From the NCBI GenBank assembly GCA_964558645.1, contig CAZLEV010000005.1, positions 160,001 through 224,000 of the forward strand: a stretch of 64,000 nucleotides of DNA, written 5' to 3'. The notes beneath the pieces were generated by a model, which saw nothing but the letters and a program-made list of their open reading frames with translations, was not told the origin of the DNA and ran no database searches. The stretch's first letter is position 1; each line of letters begins with the position of its first letter. Shown in pieces: positions 1 to 9,223 of this stretch. This DNA comes from an uncultured archaeon. Its GTDB lineage: Archaea > Asgardarchaeota > Thorarchaeia > Thorarchaeales > Thorarchaeaceae. The position numbers were made by a program, and so were the translations under genes.

Positions 1-116
1 CAGACAATCCATTCCTGCATCCGGTGGCACTCTTCATAACACTGCTCGGAGCCTCTATTGCCGCAGTCTTTGGAGGGCTTCTGGTTCGCCACAGGCTCAG
101 TCGTCATTCTACATAG
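1..116 (+). CDS. 3' end (partial) of a duplicate of the NosD/CASH beta-helix surface protein gene at 7421-8854
   Basis: 1-116 is identical to 8739-8854 (encodes ...DNPFLHPVALFITLLGASIAAVFGGLLVRHRLSRHST*); the gene start lies outside the window. Confidence 0.8.
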   Translation, partial: DNPFLHPVALFITLLGASIAAVFGGLLVRHRLSRHST

Positions 117-173
117 GTCCTCTTCGCTCAGAGTACTCTTAAAGAAATAAGAAGTTCAGACACTCCGAGAATT

Positions 174-203
174 CTACCCAGTCAGACGGTATCTGTGCCT
201 GCC
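174..203 (-). repeat. Displaced nrdD 3' terminus, copy A (putative att scar)
   Basis: Minus strand encodes GRHRYRLTG*, versus true NrdD end DRHRYSLTG* at 14855-14884. Confidence 0.85.
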
Positions 204-329
204 CGGGATCACAGCACGGCGTACCCATCTACGTTTTCCACAACAAAAGAAAAGGGAGGAAGATGGGAATCCAATATCTCCAGCTCAGGAGATGGGAGGG
301 CCATCGAAGTCAGCACCGATGATGTCACG

Positions 330-426
330 CTACCGGTTCTGCATCGTCTCGTCTGCCAACACACTCTCACGGATCATCTTCTGGCAGTACGTGCACTTGT
401 ACCAATGAACGCCATTGTCGTCAACA
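330..426 (-). pseudogene. 5'-truncated copy of the small zinc-ribbon gene at 9068-9223
   Basis: Encodes VDDNGVHWYKCTYCQKMIRESVLADETMQNR*; the N-terminal HKDC half is missing where the repeat breaks at 426. Confidence 0.7.
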
Positions 427-786
427 GAGTGGAAGAAAGGGCTCGTCAACCACGAATATGTAATGAGGATAATTGAGGAGCTGATTCCAAGAATCATCTT
501 CACAGAACAGGGAGAGGAAGGGATCGTCGACCTGTTGGATCGCAAAGTGGAGTATCAACGGAAACAAACCTCTGCAGACCCGATCGAGCAGGCCGACCTT
601 GCGGAGGTTCTTGTGTAATACGCTCAGGCCCTGTTGAAAGACGAGAAATCTTCTGCAGCAAGGGACCATGGGGAAGAAGCAATCAGTATCTACGAGAAGC
701 AACTAGAGAAATGGGGGAGTGAAAATATACGACTGGAACTTGAAACAGCGAAAGAATTCTTGAAAGATTTGAAAGAGAGAGAATAG
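427..786 (+). pseudogene. C-terminal remnant of a TPR-like helical protein with a premature stop
   Basis: Frame continues through TAA 616-618: ...DLAEVLV*YAQALLKDEKSSAARDHGEEAISIYEKQLEKW...KERE* (TPR-like pattern); no credible start. Confidence 0.55.
676..738. repeat. Diverged direct repeat (partner 4327-4390) flanking the ABC exporter module
   Basis: gaagcaatcagtatctacgagaagc-aactagagaaat vs gaagcaatcagcatctacgagaagccaactggagaaat; weaker similarity continues to tggaa. Confidence 0.75.
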
Positions 787-936
787 CAGCTATATGGCAC
801 ACTCACTTTTCTCTGATTGTTTGTATTGTTTCATCAAATTAGGTTCAGGCGTGTGTCCCAAAATAAAGGTTAGCCTTATAAACAACTTACTCTAATTATA
901 AATGAGGGTTTCAATAACCGTCAGGAGTGTAGTAAT

Positions 937-1602
937 TTGGGAAGAAGAGTCAGATTATGCTTAGTTATGATTGCAGTTACCATTCTAGCATCGAATGTTT
1001 CTGATGTTTCAGCGCTATGGTTAGGTAATGCTACCGCACCTTACGACGATTCGGATACCTATGAAACCACACCCGGTGAATACCATACTGTGGATGGTGA
1101 CGCAATATCAGGAATATGTGAAATTCAAGTGGATCCAAAGGTTTGGCCCCTTTGGTATGGTAAAGGACTCTACGGAGAGGCGTGGATTGCTGAAGATGTA
1201 GAAATGTCTGAAACTATTACATCTACGTGGTATTTCACAGCTCAATGGGATATCGACTTTCGATTGAATTGTGGATGGGGTGGCAAAGTAAAAATTGAGG
1301 TCCGCTTTCTTGTCATGGATGCAAACGGGGATGAAAAACAATCCAAGAGCGCATGGTCATACACATTCACAGGCCCTGCTTTTAGCTGGGATGATTACGA
1401 GAATGTCATTACAGATGATAGCGAGACTGAGGCTTTCAGCTGTTATCTGTATAGCGGTTACACATACAAATTCGCTGTTGTCTTAAGAGTCACTGTAATG
1501 AACGACTCCGGTGCAATAGATGTAAACGCTCGAACCGATCATTACGCCCCTGCCGAACTCACGGTCGATCAGATCACATGGTCAGAAACCCCTCCAGACT
1601 AG
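937..1602 (+). CDS. Secreted hypothetical protein, beta-strand-rich
   Basis: TTG start after aggag; basic + hydrophobic signal peptide ending VSA; Trp/Tyr/Thr-rich mature part with no anchor; TATA-like ttataaa at ~876. Confidence 0.75.
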   Translation: MGRRVRLCLVMIAVTILASNVSDVSALWLGNATAPYDDSDTYETTPGEYHTVDGDAISGICEIQVDPKVWPLWYGKGLYGEAWIAEDVEMSETITSTWYFTAQWDIDFRLNCGWGGKVKIEVRFLVMDANGDEKQSKSAWSYTFTGPAFSWDDYENVITDDSETEAFSCYLYSGYTYKFAVVLRVTVMNDSGAIDVNARTDHYAPAELTVDQITWSETPPD

Positions 1603-1688
1603 TTAAAAGGGATATAGTTCTTTTCAATGGAAAGGAACTATTCCTTCTTCTTATTTCCAAGGTGCAAAGAAAGCGGTGATGGCATATA

Positions 1689-2669
1689 ATGAATAAACGA
1701 GAAAGGAGGAATAGTGATTCTCTACTCAAGCTCAAAGACCTATCTAAGACCTATCGAAACATAACTCTCGATGGCTTCATCCCAAGACACAAACAGGTAC
1801 GCGCGCTTGTGAGCGTGTCTGGTTCCTTTGAGGGCGGCATTCTTGGGCTAGTGGGGCCGAATGGTGCAGGGAAAACTACACTAATCAAGATAATTGCGGG
1901 GTTGTTGCATCAATCTTCTGGTAATCTTGAAGTCCTCGGTTATGACCCGTGGTCCGAATCGACAACAATGAAGGTAGAAATGGGATTCCTTCTTGAAGAA
2001 CCACAATACCCCCCGCTGAGCGGGCGGAAATACCTGAAGTATATATGTGAAATAAGAGGGTTTGACGGAAGCTCGGCTGAGAAGGAAACAGAGAGTCTCT
2101 TGGACCAGGTTGGGTTGTCGGGGGCCCAAAACAGAAAAATCTCAACGTATTCAGCAGGAATGCGTAGACGTCTGGGTCTTGCAGTAGCGCTGGTTGGATT
2201 GCCACGATTTGTGGTTCTGGATGAGCCAACAAAGTCTCTTGACCCTGATGGGCGAAGACTGTTCATGGAAACAGTGAATCAATATTACAAGGAGCACAAC
2301 ACTAGTTTTCTCATCTCAAGTCATATCCTGGCTGACTTGGAGCGGATCTGCACGAACGCATGGATCATCTCAGAAGGGGAGATCATAGCAGCTGGGACCA
2401 TGGCCGAGATTGCTGAGATGAAACGACCGACCAGATTTCTGATAGAGGTGGACAAACCGGAGGTGCTCTACGAGTATCTCCAGACGAATGGCTCTCTTAA
2501 AGAAGTAACAAGGGATGGACATCGATTGTATGTCAGGGGTGAGGAGAAAACCCTCTTCGATCTGATATCGAGGGGAGTACACCACCATGGACTAACTATG
2601 CAGAGATTTGAACCTGCAAAAGGAGAACTAGAGCGAATCATGTTCGGAGAAGATGATGGTGATGACTGA
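1689..2669 (+). CDS. ABC-2/CcmA-type exporter ATP-binding subunit
   Basis: Walker A GPNGAGKT, signature YSAGM, Walker B VVLDEP, H-loop SSH. Confidence 0.92.
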   Translation: MNKRERRNSDSLLKLKDLSKTYRNITLDGFIPRHKQVRALVSVSGSFEGGILGLVGPNGAGKTTLIKIIAGLLHQSSGNLEVLGYDPWSESTTMKVEMGFLLEEPQYPPLSGRKYLKYICEIRGFDGSSAEKETESLLDQVGLSGAQNRKISTYSAGMRRRLGLAVALVGLPRFVVLDEPTKSLDPDGRRLFMETVNQYYKEHNTSFLISSHILADLERICTNAWIISEGEIIAAGTMAEIAEMKRPTRFLIEVDKPEVLYEYLQTNGSLKEVTRDGHRLYVRGEEKTLFDLISRGVHHHGLTMQRFEPAKGELERIMFGEDDGDD

Positions 2670-3549
2670 TATGAGCAATTTGAGGAGATTGGGAACAAGA
2701 CTGCGGTCGTCACTGAGATCGTTTTTAGCTCTGATGAAAATTACCCTATCTCACAGTATCAGCGGGCTGTTTCTGATAGCATTGGCCTTCATTATAGTCT
2801 GGGGCCTCTGGGACATCTTCCGGATTCTACCAGGCTTCATGCAGAACCATATAACACAGATAGCTGATTACGACATGCCAAGCGATGCTATGTACGGCCT
2901 AGCGTTCAGCATGCGGTCGATTCAGTTTTCGATTCAGAATCTTATTCTTCCGGCTCAAACCTTTGTCATATTCCATGCCCTGACCGACACAATAGAAGCG
3001 GAGGATAAGACATTGATGACTCAACCAATCAGTAGTCGAGCTCTCTCTATCGCACGGTCTCTTGCCGCCATTAGTCCTATGATTGTATGCCGCTTAGGTC
3101 TATTGGTACTAGCAATCGTAACCTATTCGATAAATATCGCATCCGTGAATCTGGATTTTTCTCTGTTGCTCATTCAGACGATGGGAATCCCGATATTCGT
3201 CTATCTAATCCATGATGTCTTCCTGTTTTCTTTGGCCTACTTGTTGGGGAAGCTACTAAGGAACCCGATTCTTGGAGCGGTGGCAGCATATATGATGTTC
3301 TTCCCCTCCCCTCTTTCCAATTACTTGGATACGATACCTGTAGAAGGAGCTGGACTTAGACATTCTGAGTTCCTTGTGCTGTATGTGTTCTATCAGCCCA
3401 TATTCAACGCGAGATACGCAAGGTCGGTATGGAATTTGATGGGAGTCCCCATATCAGCACTCAGAACAGTAGTCAATATTTGGATTATTGGAGGTATATT
3501 GTTCATTGTAGTGCTTACAGAAATCCAAAGACGAATACTCTTGAGATGA
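2653..3549 (+). CDS. ABC exporter permease
   Basis: About 6 TM helices, LMTQPISSR (ABC-2 'PISR' motif); overlaps the ATPase stop. Confidence 0.75.
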   Translation: MMVMTDMSNLRRLGTRLRSSLRSFLALMKITLSHSISGLFLIALAFIIVWGLWDIFRILPGFMQNHITQIADYDMPSDAMYGLAFSMRSIQFSIQNLILPAQTFVIFHALTDTIEAEDKTLMTQPISSRALSIARSLAAISPMIVCRLGLLVLAIVTYSINIASVNLDFSLLLIQTMGIPIFVYLIHDVFLFSLAYLLGKLLRNPILGAVAAYMMFFPSPLSNYLDTIPVEGAGLRHSEFLVLYVFYQPIFNARYARSVWNLMGVPISALRTVVNIWIIGGILFIVVLTEIQRRILLR

Positions 3550-3552
3550 AGA

Positions 3553-4326
3553 TTGATGCAGCGTGTCAAGCTAACAGCGCGAAAAGCGTTCATACTGGCT
3601 AAGAGCACAGAGTGTTTCAAGTTCGCAAGTATCGCGGTAGCAATACTATGGATTATCAGGGCTGTTGTGTATCTCGAATTCCCCTTTGAGGGCTCATCCC
3701 CGTATTTGGGCATTGTCCTGCAGATTGAGTTCATGCAGGGTGGGACATTCCTCATGGTCCAGCTCATATTTGCAGGTCTCTTCTACCAGCTGTTCCTCTC
3801 AGAAAAACAGAACAAGATTGAAACCACGGTATTGCAGCAACCCATTTCAAAACGGTTTCTTATTGGCACCAAGATAGTAGTTCTTTCATTGGTGATATTG
3901 CTCTTTGAGGGGGGGCTCCTGATGCAATACTGGCTCCTTTCTGCCAGCGCGGTCGACATCCTTTCAATTGGATTTGCGATGATGGTCCTCCATTTGGCTG
4001 GCTTATTTCTTGTTACTGGAATCGGTTTCCTGTTGTATGTCCTTCCTGGACGAGGAACCGAAAAAATGATAGTGCACGTGTTCATGTTGTTTTTGCTTTA
4101 CATCCCGAATGTGTTCTTGGGCTTTGAAAGCGGTGATCTATTCCATTTCTTGCTCCCCCTTTTGTCCATCTCTTTGCCTGACGCTCAGAAAGCGTTACTT
4201 GAAGCGTTTCTCATGACAAATATTAGTCCGTCTATAATGCCGCTTATTTCCAGCTTTGGATTCTTTCTGACTGCCGGGCTGGTATTTTCACTAGTCATCA
4301 GATACACTGAAACCCATGGCAAGTAG
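3553..4326 (+). CDS. ABC exporter permease (second subunit)
   Basis: About 6 TM helices, E....I...LQQPISKR..LIGTK ABC-2 motif. Confidence 0.78.
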   Translation: MMQRVKLTARKAFILAKSTECFKFASIAVAILWIIRAVVYLEFPFEGSSPYLGIVLQIEFMQGGTFLMVQLIFAGLFYQLFLSEKQNKIETTVLQQPISKRFLIGTKIVVLSLVILLFEGGLLMQYWLLSASAVDILSIGFAMMVLHLAGLFLVTGIGFLLYVLPGRGTEKMIVHVFMLFLLYIPNVFLGFESGDLFHFLLPLLSISLPDAQKALLEAFLMTNISPSIMPLISSFGFFLTAGLVFSLVIRYTETHGK

Positions 4327-4390
4327 GAAGCAATCAGCATCTACGAGAAGCCAACTGGAGAAATAGGATGATGACGGTACGCGAATGGAA
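4327..4390. repeat. Diverged direct repeat (partner 676-738)
   Basis: Begins right after the permease stop; degraded copy of the TPR-remnant sequence. Confidence 0.7.
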
Positions 4391-4536
4391 AGGCTGAACG
4401 ATGATCATTCTTGAGACGACTTCATAGAGGAGATACTACGAAAGGAACAGAAAGAGAAGGAGGAGGGTCGTGACCGCAGTGCGGCCGACGACTGATTCTA
4501 ACCTGTTAGACTGTATCTGTGCCTGTCGATAAACTC
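4386..4536. repeat. Relic copy of the nrdD 3' end plus downstream flank (copy C; partner 14743-14893)
   Basis: Gapless 151-bp alignment at offset 10357, about 33 mismatches by eye (~78%); 4498-4536 minus strand encodes EFIDRHRYSLTG* vs EFLDRHRYSLTG*, mostly with synonymous changes. Confidence 0.9.
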
Positions 4537-4590
4537 CGGTCATTCGGACTGGTAGCGCCTAACGTTGCTACTGTGATCCCTATGACAGCA

Positions 4591-5559
4591 TTATATCTCG
4601 CGCCTCTTGTAGAAGACCACGAGAGCCACGATGCCAACCGCTACTCCAGTTCCCAAGATGAGCATAGATAGATAGTCCTGGCTAGAGGGATCGCCTTCTC
4701 CAATAAGGACCTGCCGTTGCATCTGTATCAGGTTCCCGTCGAATGCTACTGAGAATACAGTGGTTATAGTCAAATCATACCATGCATATTCTATGGGACG
4801 ATTATTCTTCATCATCCAGAGCCTGTATGTGGCCTCCGTCCTAAGTTCCCAGTGCAGTCTTGCAAGCATGCTGTCTGCATCGGAGTGCCGCCACAGAACG
4901 GCACTGAGGGGTGAATCAGAAAACCAGAAGGAGTGTCCAGTATAGTTGCTGCTCCAGAGAAGGACAAACACTGGGGGCCAGTTTTCTCTGACTGGTTCCT
5001 CCCAGCTGATGACATTCAGATTCCGTGTCAGATTCTCTCGAATCACGCAGGAGAGAGCCGTCTTCAGTGTGTCAACGTACTGTATCCCTGAGAAGACTTG
5101 CATCGAGTCAACTATGTCGGGATGGGGCCAGTTGTCAGTTGAGTTCGGGCCATAGTGTGAACTGAAGAGGGCTTGTGTGAAACAGGACTCGTTCATAGCA
5201 ACAAAGGCGTCGAATCGGGTGAAAGGATAGGTCGTGGTGCCGTTGGCCTCCTGCTCCTCCTGCACCTCGGTATGTTGGAGGAACAGAAGGGACTGATTGT
5301 ACTGCCCCATCAGCTCACTCGCGGTCTGATTGGAGAGGAGATGAGGACTGTACGTCTCTGCATGACCCCATACGTCCAGTCCCAAGAACAGGACCTCGTG
5401 GTCTTCGACGGTCAGGGTAACATTGTGGGGAGGACTACCCTCGGCGGGAATGTGAGGCCAATCCCAAGCATACGTTGGGTACATTGCCCCACGTTTCCCT
5501 GAAACAACGGCTCCCAGTGTTAGGAGAAGGATGAATATCGCCACGAGCTCCTGTCGCAT
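4591..5559 (-). CDS. Membrane-anchored surface hypothetical protein
   Basis: Signal peptide MRQELVAIFILLLTLG, NxS/T sequons, C-terminal TM + KRR; start moved to ATG 5559 to avoid overlap. Confidence 0.75.
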   Translation of the reverse strand: MRQELVAIFILLLTLGAVVSGKRGAMYPTYAWDWPHIPAEGSPPHNVTLTVEDHEVLFLGLDVWGHAETYSPHLLSNQTASELMGQYNQSLLFLQHTEVQEEQEANGTTTYPFTRFDAFVAMNESCFTQALFSSHYGPNSTDNWPHPDIVDSMQVFSGIQYVDTLKTALSCVIRENLTRNLNVISWEEPVRENWPPVFVLLWSSNYTGHSFWFSDSPLSAVLWRHSDADSMLARLHWELRTEATYRLWMMKNNRPIEYAWYDLTITTVFSVAFDGNLIQMQRQVLIGEGDPSSQDYLSMLILGTGVAVGIVALVVFYKRREI

Positions 5560-5569
5560 TACTCGCACC

Positions 5570-6916
5570 TCAGTAGGTGTTGTACCAATAGTCATACAGG
5601 ACTATCCATTTCCAGTCATTCCCACTAAGTTTTCCATTTGTGTGGCTGCCATCATAGATATCCCACGTCCCGATACTATCATCTGCGCAAGAAAGGATTT
5701 TGACCGAGTTGAACACAATTCCCTTTCTGTAATAATAGCAGCCAGGATTATTGAACTCGTTCCAAGTTGCATCAATATGAATCCAGTAATCTCCGGTCCA
5801 CACCTCATTCCAGGCATGGGCCTTCGAGTTTCCCTGATTATCAGTGAAGTAACCAACCAGATATCGAGACGGCAGTCCTATCACGCGTAGAAATGAGCCA
5901 AGCACTGCAGCGTATTCATCACAGAGTCCACGCCAATTATAGTTGTACGTCCACATATCTGCGTTTGTGGTCCAAGAGGTATCGTCGTCCTTGTAATAGC
6001 TCATCAGGTTATGGACACGGAAAGACAGAATATACGCAGTGGTCGCAGGCTCGCTCCATTCGTTATCTACTAGGAAACCGGCTTGATAGACAATTGGTGG
6101 TTCTGTACACCTGTGCAGAGCATATAGAACAAATATGTTGTAACCATCGTCTGGCATACCCTCCCAGTAGTAGTCGGGGTTCTGTGACGCTGCAGTCATG
6201 CTATCGCTAGGAGGCAGGCCACCATATTTCTGCAAGTCAGCCGGACCATACCGCGCAACAAACTCATAGTCCCATTCCCAACCGCGGGATACCCAGTCCC
6301 AAGACATCCCTGGAGCCGCTTCAGGTTCCACAGTTGTTACTCCATATGGCACTATACTCCCGCTCTTGTAGTAGGCCTTGCCAGATACTTGTACCTCGGC
6401 CCGCTTCAGCCCAACAGAATAGGAGGAAGAGAGATAGCACGCCAATGAATACTCGTCAGTTGGGCCGTCAATCCTGACATTCGAGGCGGATGAATAGACC
6501 TCTCTCTGCTCACCACCATCACCATCATGGTCAAAGCCCTCGAATACGAAGTCAAGATCTGCATAGACGTAGCCGTCCATATATACGTCAAACTGAACGT
6601 AGAAATACTCGGTCCTGGTCCAAAGAGATGGGACAGTCACTACAATGGTGATGCTTCGTGCATAGGCCTCTACCGTTTCCCCTTCCAGAATGTAGAGTGT
6701 CCTCACTGAAACAACTGACCCATCCTCCAACCTAGTCATATTCGGTATTGTCAGAGGCATTTCAAAATGCTCGATATCACTCGAATTTCCATTGCCTGTT
6801 GTCCCAGATAGGGGAGATTCCATCGGTATTGGAGCCGCCTGCACCATGACAGTGAAATTGGCTCCCATCCCGAACACTATAAGAAGTAATACCAGTACTG
6901 TAAGATAATTTCCCAT
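5570..6916 (-). CDS. Secreted transglutaminase-like (papain-fold Cys-His-Asp) protein
   Basis: GLCDEYA...LRVIGLPSR...HAWNEVW...WIHIDATW; signal peptide MGNYLTVLVLLLIVFG...VQA-AP. Confidence 0.85.
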   Translation of the reverse strand: MGNYLTVLVLLLIVFGMGANFTVMVQAAPIPMESPLSGTTGNGNSSDIEHFEMPLTIPNMTRLEDGSVVSVRTLYILEGETVEAYARSITIVVTVPSLWTRTEYFYVQFDVYMDGYVYADLDFVFEGFDHDGDGGEQREVYSSASNVRIDGPTDEYSLACYLSSSYSVGLKRAEVQVSGKAYYKSGSIVPYGVTTVEPEAAPGMSWDWVSRGWEWDYEFVARYGPADLQKYGGLPPSDSMTAASQNPDYYWEGMPDDGYNIFVLYALHRCTEPPIVYQAGFLVDNEWSEPATTAYILSFRVHNLMSYYKDDDTSWTTNADMWTYNYNWRGLCDEYAAVLGSFLRVIGLPSRYLVGYFTDNQGNSKAHAWNEVWTGDYWIHIDATWNEFNNPGCYYYRKGIVFNSVKILSCADDSIGTWDIYDGSHTNGKLSGNDWKWIVLYDYWYNTY

Positions 6917-7420
6917 CTGAATCCACCACGAATTCGTCAAATAATATGCGGACATCTATGATAAGTCTTTCGAGGCGTCAGTCTCTGTAGAAAAATCAGT
7001 GCGATCATGGTCGTGGGGATTGTAATCGTCATCAATTCCTAGACACAGTGCTAGCAGTCCGACATTCCAAGATGGAAACAAGACTCACTTCGATACTTTA
7101 CTGTGAATTATTCTACAGAGCCGAGTCGTCATGTATAGGTCGGTCATCAACTCTGTGGTGACGGGGCAATCCCACAGCCAGCATACCGCTCTTTCCTACC
7201 TAAGAAGACGTAAAGAATATGGGCCATGTCTATAGTGCATCAGATCAATGAATCGGTTGAGAGTTGTTGCCACCCTCCAAATAGAGCAGTTGTTTCTCTG
7301 CTACTGAGTACTTGCGTCTGGAGGAAAGTTGGCGTTGTACTTATTGGGGTCTCTCCATCAGAGTTTTATGCCATCTTTTCTATCTTCAACACTAGAAAGC
7401 CGGCTTTAGGGAGAATTCAA

Positions 7421-8854
7421 TTGAAACCGGGAACGACCACCTTGGTTGCGCTCACCGTAGCGTTGTTAATTATCTCACATATCTGCATCACAACGAATCA
7501 ACCACCTACTCTGCGTTCTGGACTAAAGGATTCGCTACCGGCATCTTATGTTGACCATGATCCCATCGTCATCAACGACAACCAGGGCTTCGCAGATCAG
7601 GGCTGGCCGGGCTCCGGCACGGAGGAGGACCCCTACGTCATCTCTGGCCTGAACATCACGAGTAACGACATCTGCATTTTCATCTACGGAACGAGCATGT
7701 ATTTCATTATCCGTGATTGTGTAATCTCTTCTGCCGGCACATCCTTGGGATATGGCATCCACGTTGTGGGAGCCCAGCATGGATCCATACAGAAATGCAT
7801 CGTCAGCCACCATACTGTCGGCATCTCCATCATGGGCTGTACCGATTGTGCCTTGAAGAACAATACAGTGAGCCAGTGCGAGAGAGGAATGGACCTGCAG
7901 GGTGCCGAAGACTGTAGAGTGATTGGCAATACCGTCACGGAGAATAATGTCTACGGAGTAGTCATCGTCGAGTCGTCTGACTGCACAATCACCAACAACA
8001 CAGCCATCGAGAACAAGAGGGGATTTCTTCTGACTGGTTCAGACAGGATACTCCTGACAAACAACATTGCCACCCATAGCAATAGGATTGGGTTTCATAT
8101 CAGTGGCATCCCCCGTCATGGCTCCGTAGTCACCTCGGATGACTGCATTCTGAGTAACAACACGGCCATTGCAAACACAGAAAGCGGGTTCCTGTTAGAT
8201 TACACAAGGAACTGCACGCTTGTAGAGAACACAGCAGAACAGAACCAGTACGGTGTCTACCTGTCAGAAGCGTCTCGCAGTAGCTTGGTCTACCTGAATG
8301 CACTGTTCAATAATACCGTGAATGGATTTGACAATGGCACCCTGAACCGGTGGGATAATGGAACCCACGGCAACTACTGGGGCGACTATGATGGCACAGG
8401 CCCCTACGATGTCCCCGGGCCAGCTCAGAGCGCCGACGACCATCCCTTTGTCTACGGACTCGTTCCACCCCAGATAGACCAGCCGCCCGACGTCGAATAT
8501 GAGGTGGGGACAGCAGGACACTCGATCCAATGGAATCCCTCGACCTCGCATTCTGACTCGTATGACCTCTTCCTGAATGGCACCCTCATAGAGTCTGGCG
8601 AATGGGAGGAGAACAACTTCACCGTTGATGTCGATGGGCGGGATGCGGGAGTGTACAATTACACATTGGTGGTCCGGGATATCACCGGAAACACTGCGCG
8701 GGACACTGTGATGGTCGTCGTCAAGCCCTCTGCGCTCCCAGACAATCCATTCCTGCATCCGGTGGCACTCTTCATAACACTGCTCGGAGCCTCTATTGCC
8801 GCAGTCTTTGGAGGGCTTCTGGTTCGCCACAGGCTCAGTCGTCATTCTACATAG
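7421..8854 (+). CDS. NosD/CASH right-handed beta-helix surface protein with Ig-like domain and C-terminal TM anchor
   Basis: GWPGSGTEEDPYVI motif, repeated C.[IL].NNT..N..G beta-helix turns, GNYWGDY; likely TTG start 7421 after agggag. Confidence 0.85.
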   Translation: MKPGTTTLVALTVALLIISHICITTNQPPTLRSGLKDSLPASYVDHDPIVINDNQGFADQGWPGSGTEEDPYVISGLNITSNDICIFIYGTSMYFIIRDCVISSAGTSLGYGIHVVGAQHGSIQKCIVSHHTVGISIMGCTDCALKNNTVSQCERGMDLQGAEDCRVIGNTVTENNVYGVVIVESSDCTITNNTAIENKRGFLLTGSDRILLTNNIATHSNRIGFHISGIPRHGSVVTSDDCILSNNTAIANTESGFLLDYTRNCTLVENTAEQNQYGVYLSEASRSSLVYLNALFNNTVNGFDNGTLNRWDNGTHGNYWGDYDGTGPYDVPGPAQSADDHPFVYGLVPPQIDQPPDVEYEVGTAGHSIQWNPSTSHSDSYDLFLNGTLIESGEWEENNFTVDVDGRDAGVYNYTLVVRDITGNTARDTVMVVVKPSALPDNPFLHPVALFITLLGASIAAVFGGLLVRHRLSRHST

Positions 8855-9164
8855 GTCCTCTTCGCTCAGAGTACTCTTAAAGAAATAAGAAGTTCAGACA
8901 CTCCGAGAATTCTACCCAGTCAGACGGTATCTGTGCCTGTCCGGGATCACAGCACGGCGTACCCATCTGCGTTTTCCACAACAAAAGAAAAGGGAGAAAG
9001 ATGGGAATCCAATATCTCCAGCTCAGAAGGCGGGAGGGCCATCGAAGTCAGCATCGATGATATCACGCTACTGGTTCTGCATCGTCTCGTCTGCTAGTTC
9101 GCTCTCACGAATCATCTTCTGGCAGTACGTGCACTTGTACCAATGAACGCCATCGTCGTCGACA
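8739..9164. repeat. Long direct repeat, copy 2 (copy 1 at 1-426)
   Basis: See copy 1. Confidence 0.95.
8912..8941 (-). repeat. Displaced nrdD 3' terminus, copy B (putative att scar)
   Basis: Minus strand gacaggcacagataccgtctgactgggtag = DRHRYRLTG*. Confidence 0.87.
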
Positions 9165-9223
9165 TATTGTTCCACTATGTACCCACCACAGTCCTTGTGC
9201 CTGATTCGTGCCGTGGTCCTCAT
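9068..9223 (-). CDS. Small (51 aa) zinc-ribbon protein, absent from the ORF track
   Basis: MRTTARIRHKDCGGYIVEQYVDDDGVHWYKCTYCQKMIRESELADETMQNQ*: HxxC...CxxC; differences to the truncated copy at 330-426 keep both Cys and about half are synonymous. Confidence 0.7.
   Translation of the reverse strand: MRTTARIRHKDCGGYIVEQYVDDDGVHWYKCTYCQKMIRESELADETMQNQ

Larger units (their letters stand above)
1..426. repeat. Long direct repeat, copy 1 (copy 2 at 8739-9164)
   Basis: Gapless alignment at offset 8738; by eye 0 mismatches in 1-201 and 17 in 202-426. Confidence 0.95.

Noticed and set aside
616-618. In-frame stop in the TPR remnant as Sec/Pyl recoding
   Set aside because: The codon is TAA, and the gene is also 5'-truncated, so it is a pseudogene
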